Of a stretch of 64,000 nucleotides of DNA, positions 12,511 to 26,042 are shown piece by piece. The notes beneath the pieces are model-generated. The model did no database searches. It was not told where the DNA came from and was given only the letters and a program-made list of their open reading frames with translations. The translations under genes were made by a program, and so were the position numbers. The stretch's first letter is position 1; each line of letters starts with the position of its first letter. The stretch is taken from contig NC_042998.1 of assembly GCF_006345805.1 (NCBI RefSeq), forward strand, positions 5,828,001-5,892,000, in the 5' to 3' direction. The stretch is from Octopus sinensis. Lineage: Eukaryota.

Positions 12511-13137
12511 CATCATCATCATCGTTTAACGTCCATTTTCCGCGCTAGCATGGGTTGGACGGTTCAACTGGGGTCTGAGAAGCCAGGAGGCTGTGCCAGG
12601 CCCAGTCTGATCTAGCAGTGTTTCTACAGCAGGATGCCCTTCCTAATGCCAACCACTCCGAGAGTGTAGTGGGTGCTTTTTATGTGCCACCTGCACAGGT
12701 GCCAGACGAGGCTGGCAATGGCCACAATCGGATGGTGCGTTTTACGTGCCACCAGCACAGATGCCAGTCGGGGCGGCGCTGGCAACGGCCACGTTTGGAC
12801 GGTTCTCTTACGTGCCACCGGCACTGGTATCTCAGCTACAATTTCCATTGATGTTGAGAGATTTCGATTTTGATTTATATATATATATATACATATATAC
12901 ATATATTTATATATACATATATGTATGTTTGTGTGTCTGTGTTTGTCCCCACACCATCGCTTCACAACTGATGCTGGTGTGCTTACGTCCCCATAACTTA
13001 GCGGTTCAGCAAAAGAGACTGATGGAATAAGTACTAGGCTTACAAAGAATGAGTCTTGGGGTCAATCTGTACGACTAAAGGTGGTGCTCCAGCATGGCCA
13101 CAGTCAAATGACTGAAACAAATAAGTGAGTAAAAGAC
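12378..13137 (+). mobile_element. SINE family A split by an inverted RTE-tail element (12510-12872)
   Basis: SINE halves either side; insertion lies in the internal (TA)n. Confidence 0.85.
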
Positions 13138-13963
13138 AGGAAATTATTTTTAAAAATCAGAATCACCAGGGCTTGAACACATAGTGCTTAACTTCCTGTA
13201 TGATACAAGAACTGCATAGGACTAAATTGGTGAGCAAGTTTTGAATTGAATGAAATCACAAAAATCATTCTAACCTTATTTACATTCATTTTGAAGGAAG
13301 AAAGGAACTGTCTGGCAAAGGAAAAAAAACCCTAATCCCTTCTATCTTTCATTTCTGCTTGCTCAGTCATAGAGCCATAACAGAACTGGACTTCTGATTG
13401 AGAAAATTTTCAGTAGGATGTTAAAAGAATTATTGTATTCACATTTTCAATTAAACAATGAAAAAAAAGTAACATGTCCAGATTGCCATAATATATCTCC
13501 TATGATAAACTACTTTATGTCAGAGTTCACAATATTATCATCTACTAGACATAGATATATGTAGATCAACGGACTTGTGGATCACACAAAGTTCATTCAA
13601 TTTATTTTAGTGTCACAGGCCTGATCAATCAGTGTTGACTTGAGAGTAAAACAACAAATCTTCAAATGAAAAAAATTCTATATTCTAAACTTTGATTTGC
13701 TAATTGCAAAACTCCCAAACAAACTCCAGATATTTAAAATTCTAAATTGTAGCTCAATAATAGATACTGAATAGCTACAGAAAAGAAAAAAAATATCTAT
13801 GGATTACATGTTTTATTAGATTAATTGTAAGCGTGCCATAGGTAAATCTAAGAAGAGGAGTTGATCAGGGAAATGGTAAAGAACGGAATGTCTTCAGCAG
13901 TAAAAGAAAAACAAAACAGAGAGAAAAGAAAGAAAGAATGCAACCAAAGAAGAAGTGTTTTTA

Positions 13964-14179
13964 TGAGGGAATGCCGAAAAGTTCCTGGCTCTGGGTAAAA
14001 AAAAATACTGGAGGATCAGTTAATTATGATTTTATTCAACATATTCCCCTCTCAGATTCACACACTTATTGCAGGGGTCCTTCAGTTTTTCTAAGTCCTG
14101 GAAAAGAACTCGGGATGTTGGGTCTCCAACCAAGCCTTTCATGATACCCTTAAAGCCAGGAATTTTTCAGCACCCCTTA
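13964..14179. mobile_element. Mariner-type MITE, about 215 bp
   Basis: Degenerate TIRs gaggg..gc.gaaaagttcctggct / agccaggaatttttcagcacccct; second copy near 1235-1442. Confidence 0.75.
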
Positions 14180-14757
14180 ATTAGACTGTTTGACAAACAA
14201 AATATACAATAAAATTTCTGAATTCAACAGGAAGCATGGAAACTGCCCACCATTATGCCACAAGAGCAAGATCTACAGAATCTCATCAAAAGAATTTTAG
14301 CACCAGTTAATGAGAAGTTTAATGTTTGGCACAATGAATAAGAGAGAGAACAGGGGAGAGAAAGAGAGAGATAGAAAGAATGCGTATGTGTATGTGTGTG
14401 TGTAAAGAGTAAGAATGTATGAAAGGCAGTTTGTTTGATATCATTACAATTATAGACTGAATAATAAAGTGTTTATGAAGTAACATAGCCAAGTAATTAG
14501 AAGGTAATGAAATTAAATAATTAATGGAATGACAATGCTTTTTGACTTATTGGGTTTCAGGCGACACCTATTTTCAATAAATGACTCCAAATTACGGTTA
14601 AAACCAGTGATGCAAAGCTGTAAAGATACTTTAAGCAGAGATAGAAGAGAGAACTCGTTCAATATAATAATGAAGTTCTTAAACAAAACCTGGTTCAGTC
14701 AAACAATCCATTCCTGTAGAATGACAATATATATACTTTTATATATATATATACATA

Positions 14758-15345
14758 ACATCATTTAACATCCACTTTCTGTGCCGGCATGAGTTAGATG
14801 GTTTGAGGGCTGCCCCAGGTTCCAGTCTAACTTGGCATGATTTATACAGCTGGGTGCCTTACCTAACACTAACCACTCCGAGAGTGTAAAGGGTACTTTT
14901 TACGTGCCACTGGCATGGATACCATTTACACGACATCAGTAACAGCCATGACTATTATCCACAAATGCCATTTCCATAACACTGGCAAAAGCCATGACAA
15001 TGAATTCACTTGGCTTGACAGGTCTTCTCAAGCACAGCATATTGCCAAAGGTTTTGGTCAATTGTCATCGCCTCTGTGAGACCCAACATTCGAAGATCGT
15101 GCTTCACCACCTCGTCCTGTCTTCCTAGGTCTACCTCTTCCACAAGTTCCTTCCACAGTTAGAGTTCGGCACTTCTTTACACAGCTGTCCACATCCATAC
15201 ACATCACATGACCATAACAGCACATTTGACTCTCTTGCTCACCATATCTGATGCCTCTTATGCCCAGCTTTTCTCGCAAGACATTTACACTCAGCCATAC
15301 AAGCACACTGACATTGCACATCCAGCGAAGCACATTGGTTTCTTT
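14758..15345 (-). mobile_element. 3' fragment of the same RTE family (ORF end plus 3' UTR)
   Basis: LRWMCNVSV...VKKCRTLTVEGTCGRGRPRKT matches 55790-56100 and runs into the tail element. Confidence 0.9.
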
Positions 15346-15668
15346 ATGTATATATACATCCACATATATATACATACACAAATATATATATACCCATTCA
15401 TACACACATACATATATACACACAAATATACACATACATACATATATATATAAGTACTAGCACACCATTGCTTATGACGGTGAGTGTTCCAGTTGATATA
15501 ATCAATGGAACAGCCTGCCCATAAAATTAAAATGCAAGTGGCTGTGCATTCCAAAGACATGCATCCCCTTAACGTAGTTCTCAGGGTGATTCAGCATGAC
15601 ACAGAGTGTGACAAGGCTTGCTCTTTGAAATACAAGTACTAATCGTTTTTGTCAGCCGAGTGAACTGT

Positions 15669-15976
15669 CAGTAAGGTGAGGGTTGGCAACGAGTACAGTG
15701 AAGAATTCCAGGTAGAGGTAGGGGTCCACTAAAGTTCAGTCCTCAGCCCCCTCCTATTTATCATAGTCCTCCAGGCAATAACAGAGGAATTCAAGACAGG
15801 ATGCCCCTGGGAGCTCCTCTATGCTGATGACCTTGCTCTTATTGCCGAGTCACTATCAAAACTAGAGGAGAAGTTTCAGGTGTAGAAGCAAGGATTAGAA
15901 TTGAAGGGCCTTAGAGTCAACCTAGCTAAAACCAAAGTCTTCATAAGTAGGAAGGCAGACAAACCACAAATCCCTT
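15669..15976 (+). mobile_element. Internal RT fragment of the same RTE family
   Basis: Near-identical to 55014-55322, including ctctatgctgatgac (LYADD). Confidence 0.92.
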
Positions 15977-16351
15977 TGCCATTCATCCTTTCAGGTTGAT
16001 GAAATAAGTACCAGTTGAATACTGGGGTCGATGTAATCAATGTGCCCCTCCCCACAAATTTCAGGATTTGCACCTTCAGTAGAAAGGATTATTATTATTA
16101 TTATTATTATTGATATTAAGGCAGCAAGTTGGCAGAATCGTTTGTACATCATGCAAAATGCTTAGTGGCATTTCATCTGTCTTTACGTTCTGAGTTCAAA
16201 TTCTACTGGGGTTAACTTGGCCTTCCATCCATTCAGGGTCGATGAAATAAGTACCTGTGAAACACTGGGGTTAATGTAATTGAATAGTCACCTACCCCAA
16301 AATTCCCAGCCTTGTACCAAGACTAGAAAGGATTATTATTATTATTATTAT

Positions 16352-16905
16352 TGAGTGAGAGAGCAGTGCATGCCATCAAAGTGACACTGGGGTAAAATAT
16401 ACGAAGCCCAGTATACCCATCATGACTACCCGTCTGATAAGGGTACACCTGGCACATACATCACAATCATATGTGCGCGACACGGTGATCTCATATCAAG
16501 ATAAACAGAACATGACCTTGCAGGTGGGACCCAGTTAGAATCTTATTCTTCTGGTCGAGTAGCCCATCCTGCTCAAAAGGTCCCTGAATAAGGGTTTTTT
16601 AAGGATGTTGAACGAAACACCCATGTTTCCAGAGGTGAATTATTCAAACCCCAAAGAATCCCTCTCAACACATGGCTATGATGCTCCCCAACTACTTCTG
16701 CTCATGATCAGAGATGCACATATCGTCAGCCACTAAGGGACATGCTCAACTGGTTAAGGTCAAACAACTGACAAGCAAATCTGTGGGCAGAATATTTGCT
16801 GTAGGCCATCTTTTATACCAAGACAAAACAATGTACATGATAACACTTCCAATCAGTTAAGATCAGAAGCCATGAGAGCCACTGTCTGGTACTGCATCAG
16901 GGCAT
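16352..16905. mobile_element. Non-coding interspersed repeat inside (TTA)n, copy 1
   Basis: Reverse-complement match to 25165-25628; trinucleotide runs on both flanks. Confidence 0.8.
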
Positions 16906-17403
16906 TTATTATTATTATTATTATTATTATTACTACTATTACTATTATTATTATTATTATTGATATTGTTGTTGTTGCTGCTGTATAATTAGAGTAGTGA
17001 AACAGGTATAGATACAATCACACAAGACCAAATACTCCATTCTATGAATATATAATGGTATAGTCACACACAGTCTGGTATTCCCGATATTTCTACTTTT
17101 GATTTTTGCTTCACTGATCAATGACTTACGTATTGGCAGAGCAAAGTCAATCTTATCCGTGTGGCTTACAAAGAAAATGTTGCCGTGGTCAGTGAATGGT
17201 ACAATTGGAAATTTCCTACGAATCAAGAATGGTTTCTATTACTATGCTAGAATTTTATTTTTATTTTTATTGTGCCGAGCACAAGATTATCACAACGGAA
17301 ACTACACTCTAACATTTCCTTTACTACACAGATTCACAGCATCCAAAACTAATTGAAAGAGACAATAACAAAACAATAAATAAAAAATAAAATAAAAAAA
17401 ACA

Positions 17404-17800
17404 GGCGCAGGAGTGGCTGTGTGGTAAGTAGCTTGCTAACCAACCACATGGTTCCAGGTTCAGTCCCACTGCATGGCATCTTGGGCAAGTGTCTTCTGCT
17501 ATAGCCCCGGGCTGACCAATGCCTTGTGAGTGGATTTGGTAGACAGAAACTGAAAGAAGCCTGTCGTAAATATGTATATATATATATGTGTATGTGTATG
17601 TGTTTGTCCCCCTAGCATTGCTTGACAACCGATGCTGGTGTGTTTACGTCCCCATCACTTAGCGGTTTGGCAAAAGAGACTGATAGAATAAGTACTGGGC
17701 TTACAAAGAATAAGTCCCGGGGTCGATTTGCTCGACTAAAGGCGGTGCTCCAGCACGGTCGCAGTCAAATGACTGAAACAAGTAAAAGAGTAAAGAGAGA
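17404..17800 (+). mobile_element. tRNA-derived SINE family A (about 400 bp, internal TA/TG microsatellite), full copy
   Basis: Head ggcgcaggagtggctgtgtggtaag with box A/B-like motifs, tail (gtaaaaga)n; more than ten copies in the window. Confidence 0.9.
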
Positions 17801-17930
17801 GTTATGAACATAATTATATAATTTCACCAATACTTACAATCAATCAGTGACACATTTCACAATTTAATACAAACCCTATTTAATTGTATTTTATATATGC
17901 ATATGGGAAGTTGTGTTTATGTACATACAA

Positions 17931-17975
<45 letters not shown>

Positions 17976-19321
17976 CATGCACATATGTAGAAGTATATTT
18001 ATATATACATTCATACACAGATATATATATATGCAAAAATATGTGTATGTTTGTTTGTTTGTATTAAGTGTCATGTAATGTAAGAACAGAGGGAAAAAAA
18101 AGGTATGTAGAAAACCCCTCTCACACTTTCTCTCCTTCTCTCTCTCTTTTTCTTCCTCCACCTCTCATTTTTTTTTCTCTTTTTGAGTGTGTGCGTGTGT
18201 GTGTGCATGTGTGTGTGTATGTGTGTGTGCATGTGTGTGTGCATGTGTGTGTGTGTGTGTGAAAAGCAACCTGCATGCCTGCATGTCATGAATTTTATGG
18301 CTAAGCAATAAGAACTTTAACATTCATGCTTACTTGTGCAGAATTGCTGCACTCATTAGCATGCAAACCTGCAGCTGGTAAAGACGCAGAAACAAACAGC
18401 TAGCCACAATGCACACGCACACACATACAAACACACACAATTACACACACACACACACGTATGTAAACCAAATAAGTGGTTTATTCTGTTATGGCTGAAG
18501 TGTTCCAATGAGAGGACATGCACAAAGGATCCATCTCTTCTTTATCAACACAAATCACAAAACCTGTACACATGATGCCATTGTTCCAGAAACCACTTCT
18601 CACTTTCTTATTAACAATAGATCCAACAATCTAATATGTTCTTTACAAATCACTACAGAGTGAGCAAAGCTGCCCAGTAGTACTGTTGGCAAAGAAGCAT
18701 CGGTTGCCATAGCAATGGTACCATACTACTTCACCACTAAATGCTCAAGTGTGTTAAAACAACTTATACTGTTCATAACAAAACTGTCTCTTTCTTTAAA
18801 AGGTAGTGATGCAGTGGGCAGCGTGCCAAAGGCTCTGTGCCACTTAGGAAAAATGAGCAAGACTCTCATAGTATTCTGAACCACCTTTGATATGAACTGT
18901 CGTCTCCTTCAGAGGATTGCGTGATGCAAAGACACCTCTGTATAGTGGCATCTATACAAAAACTAAAAGAGAAAGCAGAAGCATTTTCACATCGTATTGT
19001 AATCACGATGTATTTTTCTAAAGCAACGCTTTTTACAAAGTATGCGTGTGCACACACATGCATGTGTCGAAAAACTATGCTCTTGTTTTAAATCTTGAAT
19101 TACTGTTTACAAATGCACATCAACAACGACATATACACACATATTCACTCAAATGAGTATGCCATGGATATGTTATTAAGGAACAATACAAGCACACACA
19201 CACTGACACATATCAATATACAAAGGCAATTTTGCTTAAAAAATTTTTAAATTTCAAATTGTTGCTTACAAGTGTGTATTCATCCAATCAATCAACTAGT
19301 CTACTTATCTCTCTAATTAGC

Positions 19322-19624
19322 TATGTATGTATGTATGTATGTATGTATCTATCTATTCAGTTATCTATCTATCAATCTGTCTGTCTGTGTATCTAGTTAT
19401 GTATGTATGTATGTATGTATGTATCTGTCTAGTTATCTGTCTGTCTGTGTATCTAGTTATGTATGTATGTATCTGTCTAGTTATCTGTCTGTCTGTGTAT
19501 CTAGTTATGTATGTATGTATGTATGTATGTATGTATGTATCTATCTAGTTATCTGTCTGTCTGTCTGTCTACCCACCTATCTATCTATCTATCTATCTAT
19601 CTATCTGCCTGTCTGTCTATCTAG

Positions 19625-19659
<35 letters not shown>

Positions 19660-19795
19660 CCTGTCTGTCTGTCTAGTTATCTGTCTGTCTGTCTGTCTAG
19701 TTATCTGTCTATCTATCTAGTTATCTGCCTGCCTGCCTGTCTGCCTACCTACCTATCTACCTAACTTTCTATCTATCTATCTATTTACTTACCCA
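19322..19795. repeat. Compound tetranucleotide microsatellite (TATG/TATC/TGTC) with recurring ctagtta spacer
   Basis: Directly visible. Confidence 0.95.
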
Positions 19796-20257
19796 CCTAC
19801 ACACACATACAAGCATACTTATAGCCTTCAGCATAAAATCTCTACTGAAAATTAGTTTAAGAAAATTAGTTCCTTTTGCATCCAATATTTTTAACTCAGT
19901 TAGCATTTGTGGCAATCAGAGTAAAGAAATAAACACAGTGTGTTGGTTTTATTGCTAAGATGCTATTTCCTAGTTGATACCATTTCCCTATTGTTATGTT
20001 GCAAAATAAATTTTGGAACGGGCAGTATATTATATAATCATATTCATCTTCTTCTCCTTTAAGTCAACGATGCATTAAGAGGGATATCATCAGGAATCTC
20101 TTCATTTTATTTTGGTTTCTGACAAATGTACTGTTAAATATTAATTCAACAAGTAATGGTGGCAGCCCTGCATCACTGATGAGGTCAGAACAAGACTGAA
20201 ACAGATATGAAGTTGTCTCCTGTAAATGTTAGAAAATCAAGATACATATTACAAACA

Positions 20258-20567
20258 GCACAGCTCCCAAGACTTTCGGAAACATTTTTTCGCGCTAAGA
20301 GTTGCTGAAGTATGGAACAAACTGCCGTCATCAGTTGTTAGTTGTCGTAGCACTGCATCCTTCAAAACTTCCATGCTTCCTGAGATTCGCCGACACTACA
20401 CCTGATTTTCTCCCCTCCATACACACGCAAGCATGTATCTGACTCATACACTGTTTGCTTCCCAGACATTTGTACATTACTGCATATGCTTTATACGCAC
20501 TCTTGACAAGTTGTGGTGCACCTGAGCACTGTATACAATAATTTCATTATTATTATTATTATTATTA
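20258..20567 (+). mobile_element. CR1-clade LINE 3' end with (ATT)n tail
   Basis: Translates DFRKHFFALRVAEVWNKLPSSVVSCRSTASFK, the typical CR1/L2 ORF2 end (FF..RV...WN.LP). Confidence 0.85.
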
Positions 20568-20654
20568 GTCATCGACTATCAAAGATTTTCCTCCCAAGAT
20601 CACATATTTATTGTTATTAGTTTTTTAATGTAAATGCTAACTAGTGCATAGGTG

Positions 20655-20813
20655 TAGGAGTGGCTGTGTGGTAAGTAGCTTGCTAACCAACCACATGGTT
20701 CTGGGTTCAGTCCCACTGCATGGCATGTTGGGCAAGTGTCTTCTGCTATAGCCCCGGGCCGACCAATGCCTTGTGAGTGAATTTGGTATACGGAAACTGA
20801 AAGAAGCCTGTCG

Positions 20814-20850
<37 letters not shown>

Positions 20851-21060
20851 TTGTCCCCCTAGCATTGCTTGACAACCGATGCTGGTGTGTTTACGTCCCC
20901 CGCCACTTAGCGGTTCGGCAAAAGAGACCGATAGAATAAGTACTGGGCTTACAAAAAGAATAAGTCCCGGGGTCGATTTGATTGACTAAAGGCGGTGCTC
21001 CAGCATGGCCGCAGTCAAATGACTGAAACAAGTAAAAGAGTAAAAAAGAGAAAAGAGAGT
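20655..21060 (+). mobile_element. SINE family A
   Basis: Match to family. Confidence 0.9.
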
Positions 21061-21298
21061 GAATTAATTAGAATTTGTTTGGCTTCTGTTACTGTTTTTA
21101 AATCTCCAGTCAAGTCGACTGAGGCAAACATTGCTGCTTGTCATGAAAAGGTCTGAACTATACACCCACCACCAGTTGTACGTACAGCATGAAGCACAGA
21201 TGTCTGAATATGGAGTGCATTTGATAATCATGTGATCATACTGCATGACACCTTGGTAGGCAGAAACTGTAAGGAAGCCTGTTGTGTGTGTGTGTTGA

Positions 21299-21592
21299 AA
21301 TGCAAATATATGGGAAACTACCACCTGTGTCATCTCTTGTGAAAGGTAGGAGAGTCCAGTTTGCTGGACATTGTTGTAGAGCTGAAAAAGAAGTAATTTC
21401 TACTCTTCTCCTCTGGAAGCCATCTACTCGCAATACCAGAGGGCGCACACTCTCCTACCCTGATGTAATCTCCAGGGATACAGGCATCCAGCAACAGGAC
21501 CTCCGTAATGCTATGATGGACCGTGAAGTCTGGCGCAACATGGTAAATTCCATTGTCTCGACCATGGTCGAACAATGATGATGAATGATGAT
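21299..21592 (+). mobile_element. RTE-like LINE 3' end, second family, (TGA)n tail
   Basis: IYGKLPPVSSLVKGRRVQFAGHCCR...AMMDREVWR, the R..F.GH...DR..WR C-terminal signature. Confidence 0.85.
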
Positions 21593-21822
21593 GTGTGTCT
21601 ATGTGTATGTTGATATTCTTTGTCATGATATCATCCTTTAGGTCAGTATTTTCAAAACAGGTACAACAAATAAATCCTTCTCTTGAAAATCATAAAGGTG
21701 CATTGTAGGAAGGGTAGCTAACGGCATAAAAAATAAAAAGAGAACCCTCAATAACAAGTACTCACCTAACCCATGCTAGTATAAAAAAAAATGAAAGTAA
21801 AACTAACAAATATATGAATGAA

Positions 21823-22288
21823 TCTCTTTTACTCTTTTACCTGTTTCAGTCATTTGACTTCGGCCATGCTGGAACACTGCCTTTAGTCGAGCAAATCGAC
21901 CCCGGGACTTATTCTTTGGAAGCCTAGTACTTATTCTATCAGTCTCTTTTGCCAAACCGTTAAGTTACGAGGATGTAAACACACCAGCATCAGTTGTCAA
22001 GCGACGTTGGGGTGACAAACACAGACACACACACATATACACACACATACATATATATGTACATATATACGACGGGCTTTTTTCAGTCTCCGTCTACCAA
22101 ATCCACTCACAAGGCTAAGTTACGAGGACGTAAACACACCAGCATCAGTTGTCAAATCCACTCACAAGGTTTTGGTTGGCCCGAGGCTATAGTAGAAGAC
22201 ACTTGCTCAAGGTGCTATGCAGTGGGACTGAACCCGGAACCATGTTGTTGGTAAGCAAGCTACATACCACACAGCCACTTCTGCACCT
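21823..22288 (-). mobile_element. SINE family A with a small internal duplication
   Basis: Match to family; repeated segment at about 22115-22170. Confidence 0.85.
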
Positions 22289-23124
22289 AGAAATTTAGAA
22301 AATTTTAAATTCTAAATTCAGAAGTTTTAGAAAAAGTAATGAACTTTATTTCAATTAGTTTCTGATAAAATTGCAAAAAAAAAAAGATAAAAAAGGAAAA
22401 CACTACAAAGTAACCCAGTCAGTATATTTTAGTAGAAAGGTATTATTATTATTATTATTATTTTTTTTTTCCTAAGTAGTGTAACCGAAAAGATAAACAA
22501 AGTGTCTCTCTTTATTATCTAAAGGTGGCAAATAACATATTGACATTTATAAGAGCTATGGATATAATTCAACTCTACATGAATAATTAAATAGTTAATC
22601 AATAGAACGACACTACAGTTTCTTTTTTATGTCCTCTTTAATCTCTCTCCCAGAACACAAGTTTCAGCTGCCGACGTTTACTGTTAACACAAAACACTAC
22701 AGGACGACAAGTCATATTGATATAGAAACTGCCATATCATTGACTTTTATTAAACGCTGAGCAGATTCAGTTACTAGCTGATATTTACTAAACTTATCGC
22801 TCAAAAGCAAGCTTAGGCCTGTTTGGATATTAATCCCCAGAACTTGATGGTTTATTTAAATAACAAGAAATTTAACATATTTTATACTGTGACATAAACA
22901 CAGAGCAAGACGATGGTTTTTATATGCAAACTACGTAATGAACCTGTGCGCTTGTACGCATGCATATATGCATGCAAAGATAGACACACATCATAGATCA
23001 CAGGAAGAAATGTTCTGCAAGATCATATTACCAATCGATAGTTGATAATGCTGTAGTATTGAACCAACAAAGGAACTTTTACACCAAAGTTTCCCAGACT
23101 GTTCTCTATCAAAACCATTTATAA

Positions 23125-23610
23125 TCAAATCAAAATCGATGAACATCAATGGAATTTGTAGTTTTGTGGTACCAGTGCCGGTGGCACATAAGAAAAACCA
23201 TCCGAACGTGGCCGTAGCCAGTACCACATCGACTGGCCTCCGTGCTGTGGGCACGTAACAAACACCATCCGATCGTGGCCGTGCCAGCCTCGTCTGGCAC
23301 CTGTGTCGGTGGCACAAAAAAAACACCATCCGAGTGTGGCCGTTCGCCAGCCTCGTCTGGCACCTGTGTCGGTGGCACAAAAAAAACACCATCCGAGCGT
23401 GGCGTTCACCAGCCTCGTCTGGCACCTGTGTCAGTGGCACATAAAAAGCACCCACTACACTCATGGAGTGGTTGGCGTTAGGAAGGGCATCCAGCTGTAG
23501 AAACTCTGCCAGATCTGACTGGTCTGGTGCAGCCTTCGGGCTTCCCAGACCCCAGTTGAACCGTCCAACCCATGCTAGCATGGAAAGCGGACGCTAAATG
23601 ATGATGATGA
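23125..23610 (+). mobile_element. Solo RTE 3'-tail element with about 60-bp minisatellite and (ATG)n tail
   Basis: Matches 56122-56812. Other copies near 2880, 3385, 5929, 12510, 24705, 28860, 38825, 39540, 41645, 45746, 47020, 51444, 62840. Confidence 0.88.
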
Positions 23611-23842
23611 TTTATATTTCAATGAATTTTTCCATTGACCCGAGGTTTTTGAAAGATCTATCAACACAACAGATTTTGAACTCATAGTCACCGATTTCCA
23701 GTGGCCAGTTGATCCTCTTTGGAGTGGGGGAACACTGCTCTCAAAATGAAGTTTCTTGAATTACTAGAAATAGCAACCAAATAGTTCTTAAATTGCAACA
23801 TACTTTACAGGAATGGAAGAACACTTTCCTTCTTAACTATTC

Positions 23843-24375
23843 ATGGGTCAAAGGGGCATGCAGCTTCAACTATATAGGACATGTGGTGCCTCTTGTTGAC
23901 CACCACTAGGTCTGGCAAGGTGGCGAGCTGGCAAAAACATTAGCACGCCGGGCGAAATGCTTAGCGGTATTTCGTCTGCTGCTACGTTCTGAGTTCAAAT
24001 TCCGCCGAAGTTGACTTTGCTTTTCATCCTTTCGGGGTCGATTAAATAAGTACCAGTTACGCACTGGGGTCGATATAAACAACTTAATCCGTTTGTCTGT
24101 CCTTGGTTGTCCACCCTGTGTTTAGCTCCTTGTGGGCAGTTAAGAAATAACTGGGTCTGGTCTGTTATGCTCTAGTACCTGATCTGTTTGGACTGGGAGG
24201 ACTTTGCAAGTCTCCAATTCCGCCACTCTCTGCAGTTTGTGCTCATACCACATCTTGCCCCACTCAATCCTCCACTTTTCGCGCAGTTTTCAATGTAGCA
24301 CTTTCGCTACCTTATCATGTCACCACAACTCGTAGTGGTTTCGAGCAAGTCTAGGGCATTTGTTTGTGATATGAG
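23843..24375 (-). mobile_element. R4/Dong-type LINE fragment (zinc knuckle and restriction-like endonuclease), split by a SINE
   Basis: HITNKCPRLA...HDKVAKVLH...WYEH...QTDQVLEHNRPD then LVVVNKR...IVEAACPFD, with stops. SINE at 23918-24150 flanked by ctaggtctgg / ctgggtctgg. Confidence 0.8.
23918..24150 (+). mobile_element. SINE family B, full copy
   Basis: Box B-like gagttcaaattcc and the Nin/Deu-like core. Other copies near 16118, 30140, 35445, 39320, 50860, 51210. Confidence 0.88.
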
Positions 24376-25164
24376 AAATGATTATCATTATTATCATTAT
24401 TGCCTTACATAACGCATCAAAGACATTAATATCTAACATGCCTTCCCTGATTAAAATGGTAAGGTGCAATTTGAGAGAGATATGGTTGGTAACTTTTAAA
24501 AGGTTGAGTGATCTTGTAAAGGTTCTCACATTAGCTCACTCAGATGTTTTGTGGCTGCAGCAATAAGTAACACACACAATGCTTATCACTATTATCTTCA
24601 ATCATCTCCAATTAGACAGAAAAACGTCCCTAACACCCTAAAATATTACAACACCACTGTTTCTATTTTCATACTTGATCTGCTGTGCTTACCTTGGATC
24701 GTAGGGTGACCTGCTGTGCTTGAGGAGACCTACTGAGTCAAGTACATCAACATCAAAATAAACATCAAATGGAAATTGTAGTTGTGATACCTGTGCTGGT
24801 GGCATGTAAAAAGCACCATCCGAACATGGTCGATGCCAGCACCACCTTGACTGGCTTCTGTGCCGGTGGCACGTAAAAAGCACCAACCGATCGTGTCATG
24901 GAAGCATGACATGAAAACTGAATCCCTGAATTTTCAGTTTCATATTTTGCTGCTTTAAGTTCAAACTGTCTAAATGGTTTCTATGTAATATAGTCTTGTG
25001 ATAGGTCTGCAAGGAGAATCAACAATGCAGTCTGTTCTACTAATGAGAAGAAGATAAATTATAAAGTGATATTTGAGAGAAATGCCACCTAAAAATTTAT
25101 AACTTGGAATAAGCAATAATAATAATAATAATAATTATGGTGATAATAATGATGATAATAATAA

Positions 25165-25628
25165 AGATGGGCTACAGTAAATATTCTGCTCAATACCATA
25201 TATTTGCTTGTCAGTTGTTTGACCGTAATCAGTTGAGCATGTCCCCTGGTGGCTGATGATATGTGCATCCCTGATCATGAGCAGAAGTAGTAGGGGAGTA
25301 TCATAGCCATGTGTTGAGAGGGATTCTTTGGGGTTTGAATAATTCACCTCTGGAAACATGGGTGTTTCGTTCACCATCCTTAAACAACCCTTATTCAGGG
25401 ACCTTTTGCGCGGGATGGGCTACTCGACCAGAAGAAAATTCTAACTGGGCCCCACCTGCAAAGTCATGTTCTGTTTATCTTGATATGAGATCACCATGTC
25501 ACGCACATATGGTTGTGATGCATGTGCCTGGTGTACCCTTATCAGATGGGTAGCCATGATGGGTATACTGGGCTTCGTATATTTTACCCCAGTGTCACTT
25601 TGATGGCATGAACTGCTCTCTCACTCAA
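25165..25628. mobile_element. Non-coding interspersed repeat inside (TAA)n, copy 2 (inverted, shorter)
   Basis: Matches 16352-16812 in reverse orientation. Confidence 0.8.
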
Positions 25629-25869
25629 TGATAATGACAGACTCTTCTGTTGAAGACAATGTATGAGTGTTCAATCTTTGCCAAATGGTCAACCTAAGTG
25701 ATTTGTTTATAGTGATCAAATATTTGTGCTGCTCATTAGTTTACTCTCTCCATCAAATCAACATTGTCTGAACAGGTGAACGATGCATCAGGTGTCGAAG
25801 TCATCACAGAGCAACGTGAGATGAAGCGTTTTGCTCAAAAATAAAATGCACTGCTTTGGTCTTATTTTG

Positions 25870-26007
25870 GCTGGTACTTATTTTATTGACCCTGAAAGGA
25901 TGAAAGGCAAAGTCAACTTCAGCGTAATTTGAACTCAGAGCATGAAGCAGACGAAATACCACTAAGCATTTCGCCTGGCATGCTAACGATTCAGCCAACT
26001 TGCTGCC

Positions 26008-26042
<35 letters not shown>

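Noticed and set aside
17110-17226. Possible cassette exon, SECIS or snoRNA (10-bp terminal stem, GTAAGT on minus)
   Set aside because: No recognisable protein, no complete SECIS quartet, no C/D boxes.
17404-17480. tRNA-like sequences at SINE heads
   Set aside because: Box A/B only, no full cloverleaf, always fused to SINE bodies.
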